DNA of 64,000 nt, taken from NCBI GenBank assembly GCA_964016885.1, contig OZ024752.1, forward strand, positions 40,238,001-40,302,000, written 5' to 3'. The translations under genes were made by a program, and so were the position numbers. The notes below the pieces were generated by a model. It had not been told where the DNA came from and did no database searches. It was given only the letters and a program-made list of their open reading frames with translations. Below, in pieces: positions 14,401 through 27,800 of this stretch; position 1 is the first letter of the stretch; each line of letters opens with the position of its first letter. This DNA is from Eledone cirrhosa. Taxonomy: Eukaryota.

Positions 14401-17400
14401 GTGATGATGTTAGTGATGATGGTGGGGAAGTTGATGATGGTGAAGATGGTAGTGATGATGGTGGGGAAGTTGATGATGGTGATGATGGTGGGGAAGTTGG
14501 TGATGGTGATGATGGTCGTGATGATGGTGGGGAAGTTGATGATGGTGAAGATGGTAGTGATGATGGTTATGATGATGATGGTAGTAACAATGACACTGAT
14601 GAGAGGAATACTTGTAGAGGTTTAAATATGAAATCATAATTTTAAGTAAACCCTTACATTAGAACCATTTCATTAATCTTTGTAATATCAGTAGTGTTTA
14701 TGTGACACAGGATTTTTGTAAGTTCAAGGATTACAGGCAGTCCACCATATGTTTTATTATCATTTATTACATCCATTATTAATTTTTTCAGCATCACATT
14801 TTTCTGAAAGAAATAAGGAAATTGTTGAAAATATATATAAAATATATATACAAAAAAATACACCCCCGTCCCACAACGCCCACCCCATCCACACCACCCC
14901 TTTCAATGTAAAGTTATATTGGTACCACAACATCCAGTCCGAAACAAATGAGGTCGTGTAGGTGTCACGTAAAAAAAACACACACAGTCCACGCTGTAAT
15001 GTGGCCGTGTAGGTAACACGGTAAAAACCTCCCAGTCCATACTGTAAACGTGGTTGGTGTTAGGAAGGGCATCCAGCCATAGAAAACCCGCCAGACAGTC
15101 CACGCTGTAATGTGGCCGTGTAGGTAACATGGTAAAAACCTCCCAGTCCATACTGTAAACGTGGTTGGTGTTAGGAAGGGCATCCAGCCATAGAAAACCT
15201 GCCAGACAGTCCACGCTGTAATGTGGCCGTGTAGGTAACATGGTAAAAACCTCCCAGTCCATACTGTAAACGTGGTTGGTGTTAGGAAGGGCGTCCAGCC
15301 GTAGAAAACCCGCCAGACAGTCCACGCTGTAATGTGGCCGTGTAGGTAACATGGTAAAAACCTCCCAGTCCATACTGTAAACGTGGTTGGTGTTAGGAAG
15401 GGCATCCAGCCGTAGAAAACCCGCCAGACAGTCCACGCTGTAATGTGGCCGTGTAGGTAACATGGTAAAAACCTCCCAGTCCATACTGTAAACGTGGTTG
15501 GTGTTAGGAAGGGCATCCAGCCGTAGAAAACCCGCCAGACAGTCCACGCTGTAATGTGGCCGTGTAGGTAACATGGTAAAAACCTCCCAGTCCATACTGT
15601 AAACGTGGTTGGTGTTAGGAAGGGCATCCAGCCGTAGAAAACCCGCCAGACAGTCCACGCTGTAATGTGGCCGTGTAGGTAACATGGTAAAAACCTCCCA
15701 GTCCATACTGTAAACGTGGTTGGTGTTAGGAAGGGCATCCAGCCATAGAAAACCCGCCAGACAGTCCACGCTGTAATGTGGCCGTGTAGGTAACATGGTA
15801 AAAACCTCCCAGTCCATACTGTAAACGTGGTTGGTGTTAGGAAGGGCATCCAGCCGTAGAAAACCCGCCAGACAGTCCACGCTGTAATGTGGCCGTGTAG
15901 GTAACATGGTAAAAACCTCCCAGTCCATACTGTAAACGTGGTTGGTGTTAGGAAGGGCATCCAGCCATAGAAAACCCGCCAGACAGTCCACGCTGTAATG
16001 TGGCCGTGTAGGTAACACGGTAAAAACCTCCCAGTCCACACTGTAAACGTGGTTGGTGTTAGGAAGGGCATCCAGCCGTAGAAAACCCGCCAGACAGTCC
16101 TATGCGAGCAAGACAACCACTCTTGCCTCAAGTGGGAAAACTCCCGTCCAAACCCATGCAAGCGTGGAAGATGGACGTTAAACGATGATGATGATGATGA
16201 TAATGATATACATGAATGTTGCCAGAGTATTTTAAAGAATATTAATAACATTATCATTTTTTTTGTTTGTTTTTTTATAACACCTGGCAGGTCTTACAAA
16301 TCTGTAGAGTTTCTCATATTGACTTATGTCTTATCTCCCTTTGTTAACAACAGAGGTAGTAGTTCCCCAAATGTTTCCACCCAATTCTTATTTTGGCTAT
16401 TTTACTTTTGGTGCACCTTCAACCACTGCTAATTTGGTCACTTAGGTAACATAAATTTTGTCTCCTTGTTTGCCTGACTATACTGGTTAACAGGGAAAAG
16501 AGATTCTGCACTTAAAGTTTACACTGGGTTTACAAATTGAGCAATTTGGCCAATTCCTTAATAACAGCATGATTCTGTTTATTTTTTCCTGCTTACAAGG
16601 ACTGTAATATTTGCTAAGATTACTCTAAAGCCTTGGAAATTACTACAACAAATCCAACCAAAGTTAATAACTTGATTTTTTTCAGAGCTGGTCTCTTACA
16701 CTATGGTGCTTACTTTAATTATTTCTTAATATAATTCCCTGCATATAATCTGTGTGTTCAGCTCCTTTAGAACACCAAAATATTCTTGTTTAATTAAATA
16801 ACACACACAACCATTAAAAAAAATAAGCTATCGGAACATTTAGAAGATTAAAATTCTTAGAAAATGTAGAAATTTCAAATGCAGAAAATAACTGTAACTA
16901 TATATGATTGTTATAAATAATAGCTTAGAAACAAGGTAAAATACCCCTATAGACAGAAAAATGTGGCCAGAAGCTGCTATGTAGTAACCATTTCTGCTGG
17001 CCACTTTACTCTGTTTAGAGTCTGTAATATTTTTATTTCACATAAACATACATGCACATATCCAATATCTTTTGGAAATCAGATTGTAACTTACTTGGAA
17101 AAACACTTCTTTTTCTAGCAAATTTTTTACAAATGATCGTATAGTTGTTAAGTTCAGTGGAGTTATTTGTTTGATTATTCCTAGATAAACAAAGAAAATT
17201 TGAAAATTTTGCAATGAAAATTTTGCAGAGAGCCAGAATGAATGCTGCAATGCATTCTATCTTACAGTCTTAACAATTCTGTCAATTTGATACTTCTGTG
17301 ATACATGCCAACCCCAAAATACTATAATTTTTTTTCTATCTTATTCATATAGAAAATACATAAAATGTAAAAATAAGTAGCAAGTGAAAATAACAGTTAT

Positions 17401-18770
17401 CACGCTTATAACAATGTATATCATCATTGGAAATTTTAATGTAAAAAACAAAATCTGTGCATTTGTAGATACTCACTCTTAAAAACATCAATTTCTATGC
17501 TATTATTTTTTGCCAACATTTGAATCATATTACTGGTGAAATTAAAGGTTCTCTTCAACCATTGTTTTTGTTTTTGTGCCGGACAGTAGAAATCTTTTTC
17601 TAACGAATCCAAAGCCTTCCTGGAAAAAAAATTTTAAACTAAGAATTTCAACTCTACAATTGACTACTATGATGCATAAATATATACATACATATATATG
17701 TGATATGTGTTTATTTGAGTGTGTATAGATACATACATATATACATATGTATATATGTGCTTTTGTGCATGTGTGTGTGTGTGTGTGTGTGCATAGATAC
17801 ATGCATACATATGTACATACATACATGTACATGTGCTTACATACATACATACATGAAACAATGACAAAGGTGGAAGAAGAGCAATAATGCAATACCAGTT
17901 CTATTCTTAGAGACAAAAATCATTGCTAGCTGCTGAAAGAGAAGGTGAAGAAGTGTACCATGATAACTTGCTAATTGATGTAGAATAATGAAATGTGGGA
18001 TAAGTAGGGACATGTAGTGTGATACCAAAACATTGTAAAGAAGGGAGAGCTCACTGTGCAAATTGAGATGTAGATTTATTGGTGTTCACTGTGTTTATGA
18101 AGCAAATTTTTCAATAATGCAATTATATTTGCATCATATGTTTTAAGAAAAATAGTCAAAAATGTATAAGACAATGTACCATATAAAGTTTTCATCAATT
18201 TTTTCAGTTTCGTCAAGTTCAAGGCCAAGACCACAGGCAAGGAATCCAAGCATTTCATGATCCAGGGGTACAACCTTACTATTATTTCTTATCTTCAAAT
18301 CCTTAAACCATTTGATGAAAAGGGCATCCATCTGAAACACAAGGGAAAACAAAACCCCTCAATAAGGACAAACTAAAACAATGGATGTACAAATGTACTG
18401 AACTTACTGAACTTATTTATGGTTGTAAGTTCAGATTTTAGTGATGCCATTGTGTTGTGCTCCTGAGCAAAACATCTAATTTGCCTTGTAAGATTCTTCA
18501 AGTATTGAAGAAGCTTGAAGCAGTTACAAGCTGAAATTAGCTGAGCTCAAGGTCAAATCTCAGCCTCGATTGGCAGTATTGGTAGAGTGTCGGACACCAT
18601 GCTTCGCGGCATAGAGTTACAGCCCTTTACATTCTAAGTTCAAATCCTGGCGAGCTTAACCTTGCCTTTCATCCTTGCGGGTAGCTAAAATAAAGCACCA
18701 ATAATGAACAGGAGCCGGTTTAATTGACTTTCCCCTCCCCTAAAATTGTTGGCTTTGTGCCTAAAACCAT

Positions 18771-18808
<38 letters not shown>

Positions 18809-21800
18809 TTAGTGGTATTTATTCTGTCTCTTTGCATTCTGAGTTCAGATCCCACTGAGGTTAACTTTGCCTTTCATCCTTTTATGGTCTAGGGCAGTGT
18901 GTGTGTGTATGTATGTATATACATACATATGTACATGTGTATGTGTATCATCATCATCATCTTTTAATGTCTGCTTTGCTTGCTAGTAAGGGTTGGGCAG
19001 ATCTACATAGACCAAGTCAATACTGAAGTGGTTCTACTGACCTCTCTGAGAGTCTGGGGAGGGGGATCTGTATCTTGGTTAGGGGATGAATGGGTAAACA
19101 TCAGTGGAATACACGCCATACTTAAAAATAAGTAATGATTAGCATCAGGAAGTGCATCTAGCCATAGAATATAGCATCAAAAAGCCTTGTCCAATCCATA
19201 TGAGCATGGAAATTTGGCAAATGATTAATAGGAGATAATGAATATCACCAAAACAAATCTTCATTGCTGTTGTCTTCATTATATATTCACTTGTTCTTCA
19301 TTATTATTTCATAATCAAAGGGCGGTGGATTGGCAGTATCAGTAGAGGGTCGGACACCATGCTTTCCAGCATAGTTACGTCCCTTTATGATCTGAGTTCA
19401 AATCCCGCCGAGGTTGACTTTGCCTTTCATCCTTACGGGGTCGATAAAATAAAGTACCAGTAATGCACTGGGTAATTGCTGGCCTTGTGCCTAAAGTAGA
19501 AACAATTATTATTTCATAATTATAATATATATTAATGGGTATGAAAGTAAGTCTTCTAATCACTTATATTTCTCTGTATCTCAGTGAAGTAGATGAGGGA
19601 AGTCAGTATTTTACATTATTGCCTAGTCTGTGGTTTGAAAAAATAATATTTTACCTCACCGAATATAAATGGCGGTATGCAATTTGTTTATTGAAATAAA
19701 TGAAATTTAGGTTTACGCTTGTAGTTGGAAGCTTCTGGAAAACAGCATCAATCGCACCTCCTATTTGTTCTCTTGTTAAATTTCTCAATATGCTTATTTG
19801 GGGTTTTTCTGAAAATAATTTAGAAGAATGGAAATTGGCTGATATTTATTTTTTCTGCATATATAATGTAATACATATCATCATCACCCTTGTTTAACAT
19901 CTGTATTCCCTGCTAGCAAGGGTTGGGCAGATCTATATAGACCAAGTCAGTACTGAAGTGGAGCTACTGACCTCCCAGACAGCTTGGTGGTCTACATCTT
20001 AACACAACTGAAGAGTCCTCCTAGTCATTTGTTTGGCAAACTTTCTACGGCTGGATGCCCTTCCTATCATGGCACCAATATGACCACTTAACAGGGTGGA
20101 CTGGATGTTTGTTTTGTCATAGTACCTGCACAACCATCTTACAGGGTGAATTGGGTGTTTTTCATCCTGGCAACAGTTTCACCACTTAACAGGGTGAACT
20201 GGGTGCTTTTTTGTCATAGCACCAGCATGATAATAATCACCATCTCCATTTGTGGAGAGGATGGCATCTTGCTTCAAATATTCTTCCTCCCAATAAAAAC
20301 TATTCCACCTATGTTATGAAAATGCATAGAAAAATGGCTGAGAAAATAATTTCTTAAATCTGTGATTACTTTTTCTTTTTTTCTCTTTAGTAATGCAACT
20401 TAGGGTTACTATTTTGTTGTATCAAATCTCTAGGTGGTAGCCTGATCAATGAAGTATCGTGTATACTTGAATATTTAACCACAAAATAGATGGTAGAAAG
20501 GAAGGCGCTTATATTTAGGGTCAATATTTTGACAATTTTCACTGACTTCAAATTTTATGAAAATAAGGTTTGGATTGTTGCTCATTTCTCAGGCATTAAA
20601 TAGTGGGGTTGGCTTATATGAGGTTATTGATTTAGTTCAGCAAACTACAGTTTATTCCAAGTTACGTTTTTATTTGTATTATTGACAAAATATATACCTA
20701 TGAAAACACTGATAGACTTTGTGATTCTTTTGAAAATATCTGTAAGACTTTCAGATGAAGAATTGAGAAGACTTCGTAACAAAGCATCTCGATTTTTAGA
20801 ATTACATTTTAAACCACTTTCTGTGATAAGCTGGACAGCAGCCCTAAAAATATATACATGGGTGATTTAAAACCACAAAGAAATCATAATACATCGTACT
20901 TAACAAACTGTGGAATATATAAGTTATCTCTAAATACCTACCTAATTTTAACTGGTTATCTGTTAACTATGACAAACTTTTATTCATTTCTATTCATTAT
21001 AAAAAATTCATAATTTCTATCAATTCTATACTCAGTAACTCAACATGTAAATACTATATGTTCAGTAAAATATATTTTTTATTGTGAAAGATTTTTTTCT
21101 TATTAGAAAAATAAACTTCACTTGGTCATTCCATGAGAGTGTGTTGGTTAGCCTATGAACTTTTCAGCTGACCCTCGTATGTGTTTACATTACAGGATAT
21201 ACATACTCATCATCATCATCATCATCACCATTTTACGTCCGTTCTTCCACGCTAGCATGGGTTAGACGGGTTGTCCTGTTGTGGGCAGTGTCTGGTCGGC
21301 TGACCATGCCTTGCTCATACAGGAACTGATTTGGCTTGATTTCTACAGCTGGATGCCCTTCCTAACACCAACCTCATTTACAGTGAGTGCTGGGTGCTTT
21401 TTCGTGGCGCCTACACGTCCACTTTACAGTGTGGGCTGGGTGCTTTTTTGCTGTGGCACCTCCACGACCACCTTGCAGTGGGGGGTGTGGGGGCATATTG
21501 TCTATATGCTTCAGCTTGTACCCATGGGAGGTCGGGTACTCTGTATTACTGCGTGACGCCAGAGGTCACGGTCGTGTGTCATTGCCTTTGAGAGGTGTAA
21601 TTGGGTAAGGTCGGTGTAAATATATTCATTGATGAATGAACTACTTACTTTATAGTTCTTGCACTAGTTAGATTGTTAGCCATATGTTTGATATCACATA
21701 ATATTGCTACCAGCATCCTTACTTCTGATACATTGACAGAATACTGAATAGTCTTGATCAGTTCAGGTAATATTTTCTCCATCATCACAGCAGACTGAAA

Positions 21801-24800
21801 TATCAAAAAAAAAAAAAAAAAAAAAAAAAAATCAGCATAATGTACAGAACGGTAATCTTAAAAATTAAATAGAAAAAATTAAATAGAAAATAAGAGTGGA
21901 ACAGCAACATCACAACTTACAATTAAGGACAAAATGAAAACACACACACACATAGAACAAACAACCAACCAACAACATGTAAATAAATAAACAAATAGAT
22001 AAATGAACACAAACACACACAGACACCCGGATGTGGTGCATGCGCAAACTGAGCACACAACACACACACAGAAACAAAATGGCGTAGGACAGAAGAAAGG
22101 AAAGGCACAGAAACAAAGAAAGGAATCCCCAGTCACTGAAGAGGTCACAGAGTGTGTGACGAAAGGACTATGACTATATATAAACAACTATCTGGTTGTG
22201 GAACCAACCAACCAACCAACCAACCAGAAATTTATAAGTTTGTAGATTTGTAAATTTATAAATTTATAAATATATAATAAATTGAAGTGAAAGCAACTGG
22301 TGCGTGTGTTTCTTATTGGCAACATGACCCTCCCAAAGTATAACAATATCGGTTTCAACACACGATTTCAGATAAAGAATCTTGCTAAACAAATTCAGAA
22401 ACGGTAATCTTAAACTTAAGATTATACTCACACTTAAATATATATATATCAGAATTAGTAGCTTCCTGAACTTTTTCTATCCTATTCTAACTGTTATGCT
22501 CTCAGAGCAACATCCACCATTACTAATTATATCCTTGGTAGTAGAAGCTATCAACCATTTCTATGAAGCCTTTAAGTAATCATTATTGACAATTGTAAGG
22601 GCGGAGGATTGGCAGTATCGGTAGAGGGTTGGACGCCATGCTTTGACACATAGAGTTACGGTCCTTGCCATTCTGAGTTCAAATCGCGCCGAGGTTAACT
22701 TTGCCTTTCATCCTTACGGGGTCGATAAAATAAAGTACCAGTAATGCACTGGGTAATTGCTGGCCTTGTGCCTAAAGTAGAAACAATTATTGACAATTGT
22801 AATAAAATAAAATCTCACTTACTTGTATCACAGGTATTTGGGAAATCAAATCTGAACTAACATTCTGTAACTGTGACAAAGTAAGATTTTGTATTGTAGT
22901 TTTATTCAATAAACCTGTGCAAAAAGAAAATATATCAAGAATTACTGATGCATTGACATTGATATATTTCAATGTTATATCGTACTAGGGAGTATAGCTA
23001 TAGATTTTTAACCAACACTGTATGATAAGACGTGTGTAAACACCTTATCTTTATATAAAGTATCTTTGTGGGCAGAAAAAGAGGGATCAGTTTAACAAAT
23101 TTCAGTCTTGCGTTAGGATTTCATAAGCAATTAAGTATTCTCTTTACCAGTTAATGAAAGCACTGCTTTAGAGCAGCAAGTGGTAAAGCAGAGGTTTATA
23201 GTTTGTTTACGTAAATAAATAAAGAATTATTATTATTATTTCAGAATAAAAGGGCGATGGATTGGCAGTATCAGTGGAGGGTTGGATGCCATGCTTTCCA
23301 GCATAGTTACGTCCCTTTACGATCTGAGTTCAAATCCCGCCGAGGTTGACTTTGCTTTCATCCTTACGGGGTCGATAAAATAAAGTACCAGTAATGCACT
23401 GGGTAATTGCTGGCCTTGTGCCTAATGTAGAAACAATTATTTCAGAATAACAAAATATATAAAATAAATAACATCCTCAAAAGAAAAAGAAAACACTTAT
23501 TGATCCCCAAACTACTTACGAATCATAGGGCCAAGACTTGTTAGGAATTCTGGTGACCACTGTGTAAGGGTCTTTTCTGCAGAAGTAACAATGTTATTTA
23601 ACCACATTCTCTGTTGTTGAATACTACAGAATTCTACCTCACCAATGGCTTCAATTGCCTCTCTAAAAGATAAATGTTTTGCAATGAGATGATTAAAATA
23701 ACCATTTATTAATTTCACCTCAACATAGAGATTTGCATTTGTATGAGTTAATAAAATGTTGAGTAATAAGATTGAACGTTTAAAGATAGCAACAAACTCT
23801 CACCTCACTGTAAATATGAGGTCAGACAAATCCTAACTGTAAACTACCGCAGCACATTGTGCATATTGAGTTTTATCATTAGGTTGCAGTTGGATTACCT
23901 GGGCATAGCTTGAAGAGAAATTGGCTTCATCAGGCCAAATTTATTTAGAAACACTATATGGACTGGGAGCGCTTTGTTGTGACAGCAACACAACCACTTA
24001 ACTGTGTGGAGTGGGCACTTTTTGTCATGTCACCAATAGAAAAATTGTAATAAAAACAACAAAAATAACAATGACAGAAAGTTAATAAAGGACATACATG
24101 ACTAGTTTAGGACTGAGTTTTGCCAGACTTCTTTCATCTATACCACATGCTAGCTTTCCAAGCAAATGAATATGGTAAAGTGTTATGTTTGAGATATTTC
24201 CTGACATGGCAGTTCTTAGCCAACTTTCAAATAAGATGTTCAACTGAAATATAAAATAATACAAATTATGAGGATAATTCTCTAGTCATATTAATCTTTA
24301 TAGAATGTATAAATTTTTAAAAGTTTACTATGGTACATTTTTGACAAGTGTGGTTAAATATTTATTTATCAGCAAATTTAAGTGCAGATATAGCCATGTA
24401 GTTAAAAGGATCCCCATTATAATTGTTTCTACTTTAGGCACAAGGCCAGCAATTACCCAGTGCATTACTGGTACTTTATTTTATCGACCCTGTAAGGATG
24501 AAAGGCAAAGTTAACCTCGGCGGGATTTGAACTCAGATCGTAAAGGATCCCCATTATAATTGTTTCTACTTTAGGCACAAGGCCAGCAATTACCCAGTGC
24601 ATTACTGGTACTTTATTTTATCGACCCCGTAAGGATGAAAGGCAAAGTTAACCTCGGCGGGATTTGAACTCAGATCGTAAAGGATCCCCATTATAATTGT
24701 TTCTACTTTAGGCACAAGGCCAGCAATTACCCAGTGCATTACTGGTACTTTATTTTATCGACCCCGTAAGGATGAAAGGCAAAGTTAACCTCGGCGGGAT

Positions 24801-27800
24801 TTGAACTCAGATCGTAAAGGATCCCCATTATAATTGTTTCTACTTTAGGCACAAGGCCAGCAATTACCCAGTGCATTACTGGTACTTTATTTTATCGACC
24901 CCGTAAGGATGAAAGGCAAAGTTAACCTCGGCGGGATTTGAACTCAGATCGTAAAGGATCCCCATTATAATTGTTTCTACTTTAGGCACAAGGCCAGCAA
25001 TTACCCAGTGCATTACTGGTACTTTATTTTATCGACCCCGTAAGGATGAAAGGCAAAGTTAACCTCGGCGGGATTTGAACTCAGATCGTAAAGGATCCCC
25101 ATTATAATGCCATAGGTATCATAATGTTGTGACATTTTTGTATTTTATCAAATATCAGTCTGAATGGCATCAATTAGGTACTGACTTGGTTTGTTAGTAA
25201 GGAAAGTAGATGTTAAAGTTAATGATGATAATATTTTGTCTTTGTCCAGTAACTCCTGAGAGAGTTGTAGGGGGCGTCGTATTGACATACAGCATTTCTA
25301 GAGCAATTTAAAACCTTGTGGAGTTCATCTCCTCTTGAGGTCTAAATACAGCATATTTCTGTTCATGAAAGAGTGTTTTTTTTCTTACTATTTATTTATT
25401 TGTTAATTTATTTATTTAACCAATATAAACGTCCGTGTAGAGCTAGTAAGCCATGACAAACTAGGGGAAGTATTTAGTACTTCTTACAGTTGAGAAACAA
25501 AAAAAAGAAGATGCACAGAGATAAATGAATATAAAAATAAAATAGGAATAAAATAAAATAAAAAATTTAAATAGGGAAGGCCAACTGGAGGCAAAATAAA
25601 TATTTAAAAAAATAGCATGAAAAAATAAACGATAAAAGATAGCAAATAAAGACTTAATTTGAAAAGAAACTTACTTGGCTTGGTTGGAAATTCAATTTTC
25701 CCAACTGTCTAACTACCTCTTCTGATGAAAAATTTAATTGTTTCAGAGCGTCAGTAGATATTCCTGTTACGAGTGAACCTAAATGAGTTATGTTTCCTGC
25801 AGACCAGTTCTTTACATCACCTAATGACTACAAACACCGAGAACAAATAGATAATGATTTATTAGTTAGACACAAGATTTGTTAGATATTCATAGGGAAG
25901 AAAAAAATATATTGTATGACAATGTATGAAGCTGAATTTTCGACTTTTAAGGACTGAGAATATATATACTTTTCTTAAAACATTGCTGTAATGTTATATG
26001 ATGGATCGCTGACAAGTTGAGTACCTTTTAAATAAGTCTGTCTCAGGTGGAAAAATTCACTCTAAATTAATTGGCACCGACACCCACTGTGGTTGCACAA
26101 AGAATCTGTGTGTGAGTAAGGAATTGGGTATCCTACTCATGTTACATCTGTCCAAGAACAACTCCCAATAAAACAATGGAAATAAGTCTCATAAATGAAA
26201 TTATAAGTGCATAAACAGACTATAAAGTAAAGGGACAAATGCCTCAAATCCCCTTTACAACCAAATCTCATCAAATGTTAAGTTACTATCTTGGAAAGAG
26301 GCATATTGGATAGTGAATTCCCAAATGCACTGGGTTAAATGCTTTTGATTATAGAAAAAAAAAAAAAAAATTATAAGTCTACTTTATCAGGGCTGACTTA
26401 GGATGTAACAACAACAATAATAACTAACTATCTTATAGGTAAGAATGTTTTGAAACAGTAAGCGAGTTTGAAATTAGAAATAGAAGCTTTTGCCGTCTTT
26501 TTGATTAAAAGAATTTTAGCCTGATAGTCGGGTTTAGAAACCTCAAAGAAATGGAAAAAGATGAATATTGACGTCTATTTCTTTGAGGGTTCTAAACTCC
26601 ACTATCTGGCTAAAATTTCTTTAGTCAAAAATAGGGCGAAATTTCTATTTCTAATTCAAACTCGCTCACTGTTTCAAAACATCCTTACCTATCATTATAC
26701 TTGCTAAGAATGTAGCTTTTAATTTGAATGGAGGTGATGTGTTGGTTTAATGGTAGCACAGTGGTCTGGATAACCAAAGATGTAGGTTCGTCTCTTATGT
26801 ACGTCAATACTTATCTTTTTCCATTTCTTTGAGAGTTCTAAACCCCACTATCAGGCAAACATTTTTTTAGTAAAAAGTACAGCGAAAGCTTCTATTTCTA
26901 ATTTCTAACTATCGTATTTATTTTCAGGCACAAATTTTCACTCTAGTGGAATCTTAAAACTTACCCTGTTTAATTGCTCCATTAAACTCTGAACTTGTTT
27001 AGAAGTAAAATTATTAATCGGTGCAAAAATCTGGATGCATTTTTTAACTTCCTCTTTGGTTATAGATTGAATTTGATCAAGTGTAAAAGTTTTAACAAGT
27101 GTGTTGATGTGAGTTATATTTTTGCAGTTTAGTGGAGCTGCTTGGGTGTCAGGGCGTGTTTCTGATAAATTCAAAGTAAAACTTATTTTTAAATCTCATA
27201 TTAAAAAAAGATTCAAAATCGGGGGAAAACAAAATTAATAAAACATGGAATACTGTTAAAAAATCTTCAATTAATTTACCAGTTATGAATTGTATGACGG
27301 TCATAGCTGAACTTGTTTAATCATCATTGTTTTTACATCTGTTTTTCCATGCTTGCATGGGTTGGACCGATCCTTTTTAACACAGCATCTCTCTACATGT
27401 CACATTCCTTCATCATCACATCCACTCTGAGTTTCAGCAATTTGAAATCAGCTCTCACTATCTCTGCCCAAGTCTACATTGGCCTTCCTCTACTGTTGCT
27501 TCCTTCCACTTGGCTTTCTTGGTACTTCTTTGCTCAGTGATCACCATCCATGTGCATCACATGCCCAAACCATCACAATTTTCTCTCTTGCATACTATTT
27601 CTAATTCCTCTTATTCTCAGTTTTGTCTGATCTATTAATATATCTTATTACATCAATGGTTTTACGCTGTATCCCTGGTGAAGATATTTAGTTATTAACA
27701 TTATAACTATCGTAGGTGTAAATAATTACCATGGAGGAACATGATTCCTTACTGTAACAGACCACAGTGGTAGGAAATGGGTACAAGCATAGCTATGTGG

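Noticed and set aside
11902-14625. 907-aa Met/Val-rich ORF
   Set aside because: Translation of a GAT-derived minisatellite, antisense within an intron, with no domain content
14903-16257. 378-aa and 430-aa repeat ORFs
   Set aside because: Antisense reading of the 111-bp LINE 3'UTR array, whose unit is divisible by 3
24405-25108. CRISPR-like repeat-spacer pattern
   Set aside because: Intervening segments are identical SINE bodies, not diverse spacers
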